Assembly (NCBI GenBank): GCA_963834905.1
Contig: CAWIDR010000008.1
Location: forward strand, 26,349 to 90,348
Source of the DNA: an uncultured Thermoleophilia bacterium
GTDB lineage: Bacteria > Actinomycetota > Thermoleophilia > UBA2241
Direction of reading: 5' to 3'
Length of the DNA stretch: 64,000 nt
Shown here: positions 63,743 through 64,000 of the stretch, piece after piece
Layout: each line of letters begins with the position of its first letter
Numbering within the stretch: position 1 is the stretch's first letter
Notes under the pieces: model-generated
The model's input: only the letters and a program-made list of their open reading frames with translations
The model's database searches: none
Told to the model about the DNA's origin: nothing
Made by a program: the position numbers and the translations under genes

Positions 63743-64000
63743 CGCAGAGGTCCAGGAGCGCGCTCACCGTGGCCTCGATCTCCTCGTCCGGCGTCGAGGC
63801 CCCGGCCGTGACGCCGATACGGGAGGCGCCCTCCAGCCAGTCGGCCCGCAACTCGGCCGCGGACTCGATGTGGTGGGTCCGCGGCTCGATGGCGGCGCAC
63901 AACTGGGCGAGGCGGGCGGTGTTGGCGCTGTTGCGCCCGCCCACGACCACCACGACGTCGACGTCCTCAGCGAGCTCGCAGGCGGCGCTCTGGCGCTTCT
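63735..64000 (-). CDS. ispH: 4-hydroxy-3-methylbut-2-enyl diphosphate reductase, C-terminal end only (gene runs off the right edge)
   Basis: The minus frame reads ...VDVVVVVGGRNSANTARLAQLCAAIEPRTHHIESAAELRADWLEGASRIGVTAGASTPDEEIEATVSALLDL. The stop overlaps the DUF512 start. Confidence 0.8.
   Translation of the reverse strand, partial: KRQSAACELAEDVDVVVVVGGRNSANTARLAQLCAAIEPRTHHIESAAELRADWLEGASRIGVTAGASTPDEEIEATVSALLDLCGG

Overview
This is a very GC-rich bacterial core-chromosome segment (GC not computed). It carries about 70 protein genes, and all but five are on the minus strand. The synteny is Actinobacteria-like, with some Firmicutes-like modules. Reading the minus strand from right to left: ispH-DUF512-der-plsY-gpsA; metK-priA-def-fmt-rsmB-rpe; FMN riboswitch-ribD-ribE-ribBA-ribH; rpmB (+); DUF1858-asp23-fakA-fakB-recG-DHH/CBS/CCA enzyme; M50 protease remnant-pgeF-yggS-sepF-proC-divIVA; DUF167-small Zn ribbon-lspA-rluD; pyrR-pyrB-pyrC-carA-carB-pyrK-pyrD; mihF-gmk-rpoZ-coaBC-HD-TPR; htpX and lemA (+); an L,D-transpeptidase remnant; a 4xCxxC protein (+); then rimP-nusA-ylxR-infB-DUF503-rbfA-nrnA-truB-ribF-rpsO-pnp-M16 peptidase-dapB-dapA-rnj-ftsK. 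I found no tRNA or rRNA genes, CRISPR array, transposase or integrase, prophage or defence island. I could not identify a convincing novel multi-gene system, and the window reads as ordinary housekeeping genome. The dominant anomaly is about fifty reading-frame breaks in otherwise well-conserved genes, many of them essential. By hand codon-phase bookkeeping most look like single-base insertions, and several fuse neighbouring genes by removing a stop codon. I read this as insertion-biased assembly or consensus error rather than biology. Two possible exceptions are unusually dense clusters of breaks in an L,D-transpeptidase and an M50 protease. Smaller items worth a second look: a 40-nt near-identical GC-rich intergenic element present twice; TATACT-type promoters, two of which predict leaderless mRNAs; a terminator-like hairpin in the rimP-nusA leader; PyrR and FMN leaders whose terminator U-tracts abut the start codon; a Cys/His cluster at the NusA C-terminus; three small ORFs that are unannotated or split in the track; and two genes whose only Shine-Dalgarno-positioned start is non-canonical (ATC, CTG).
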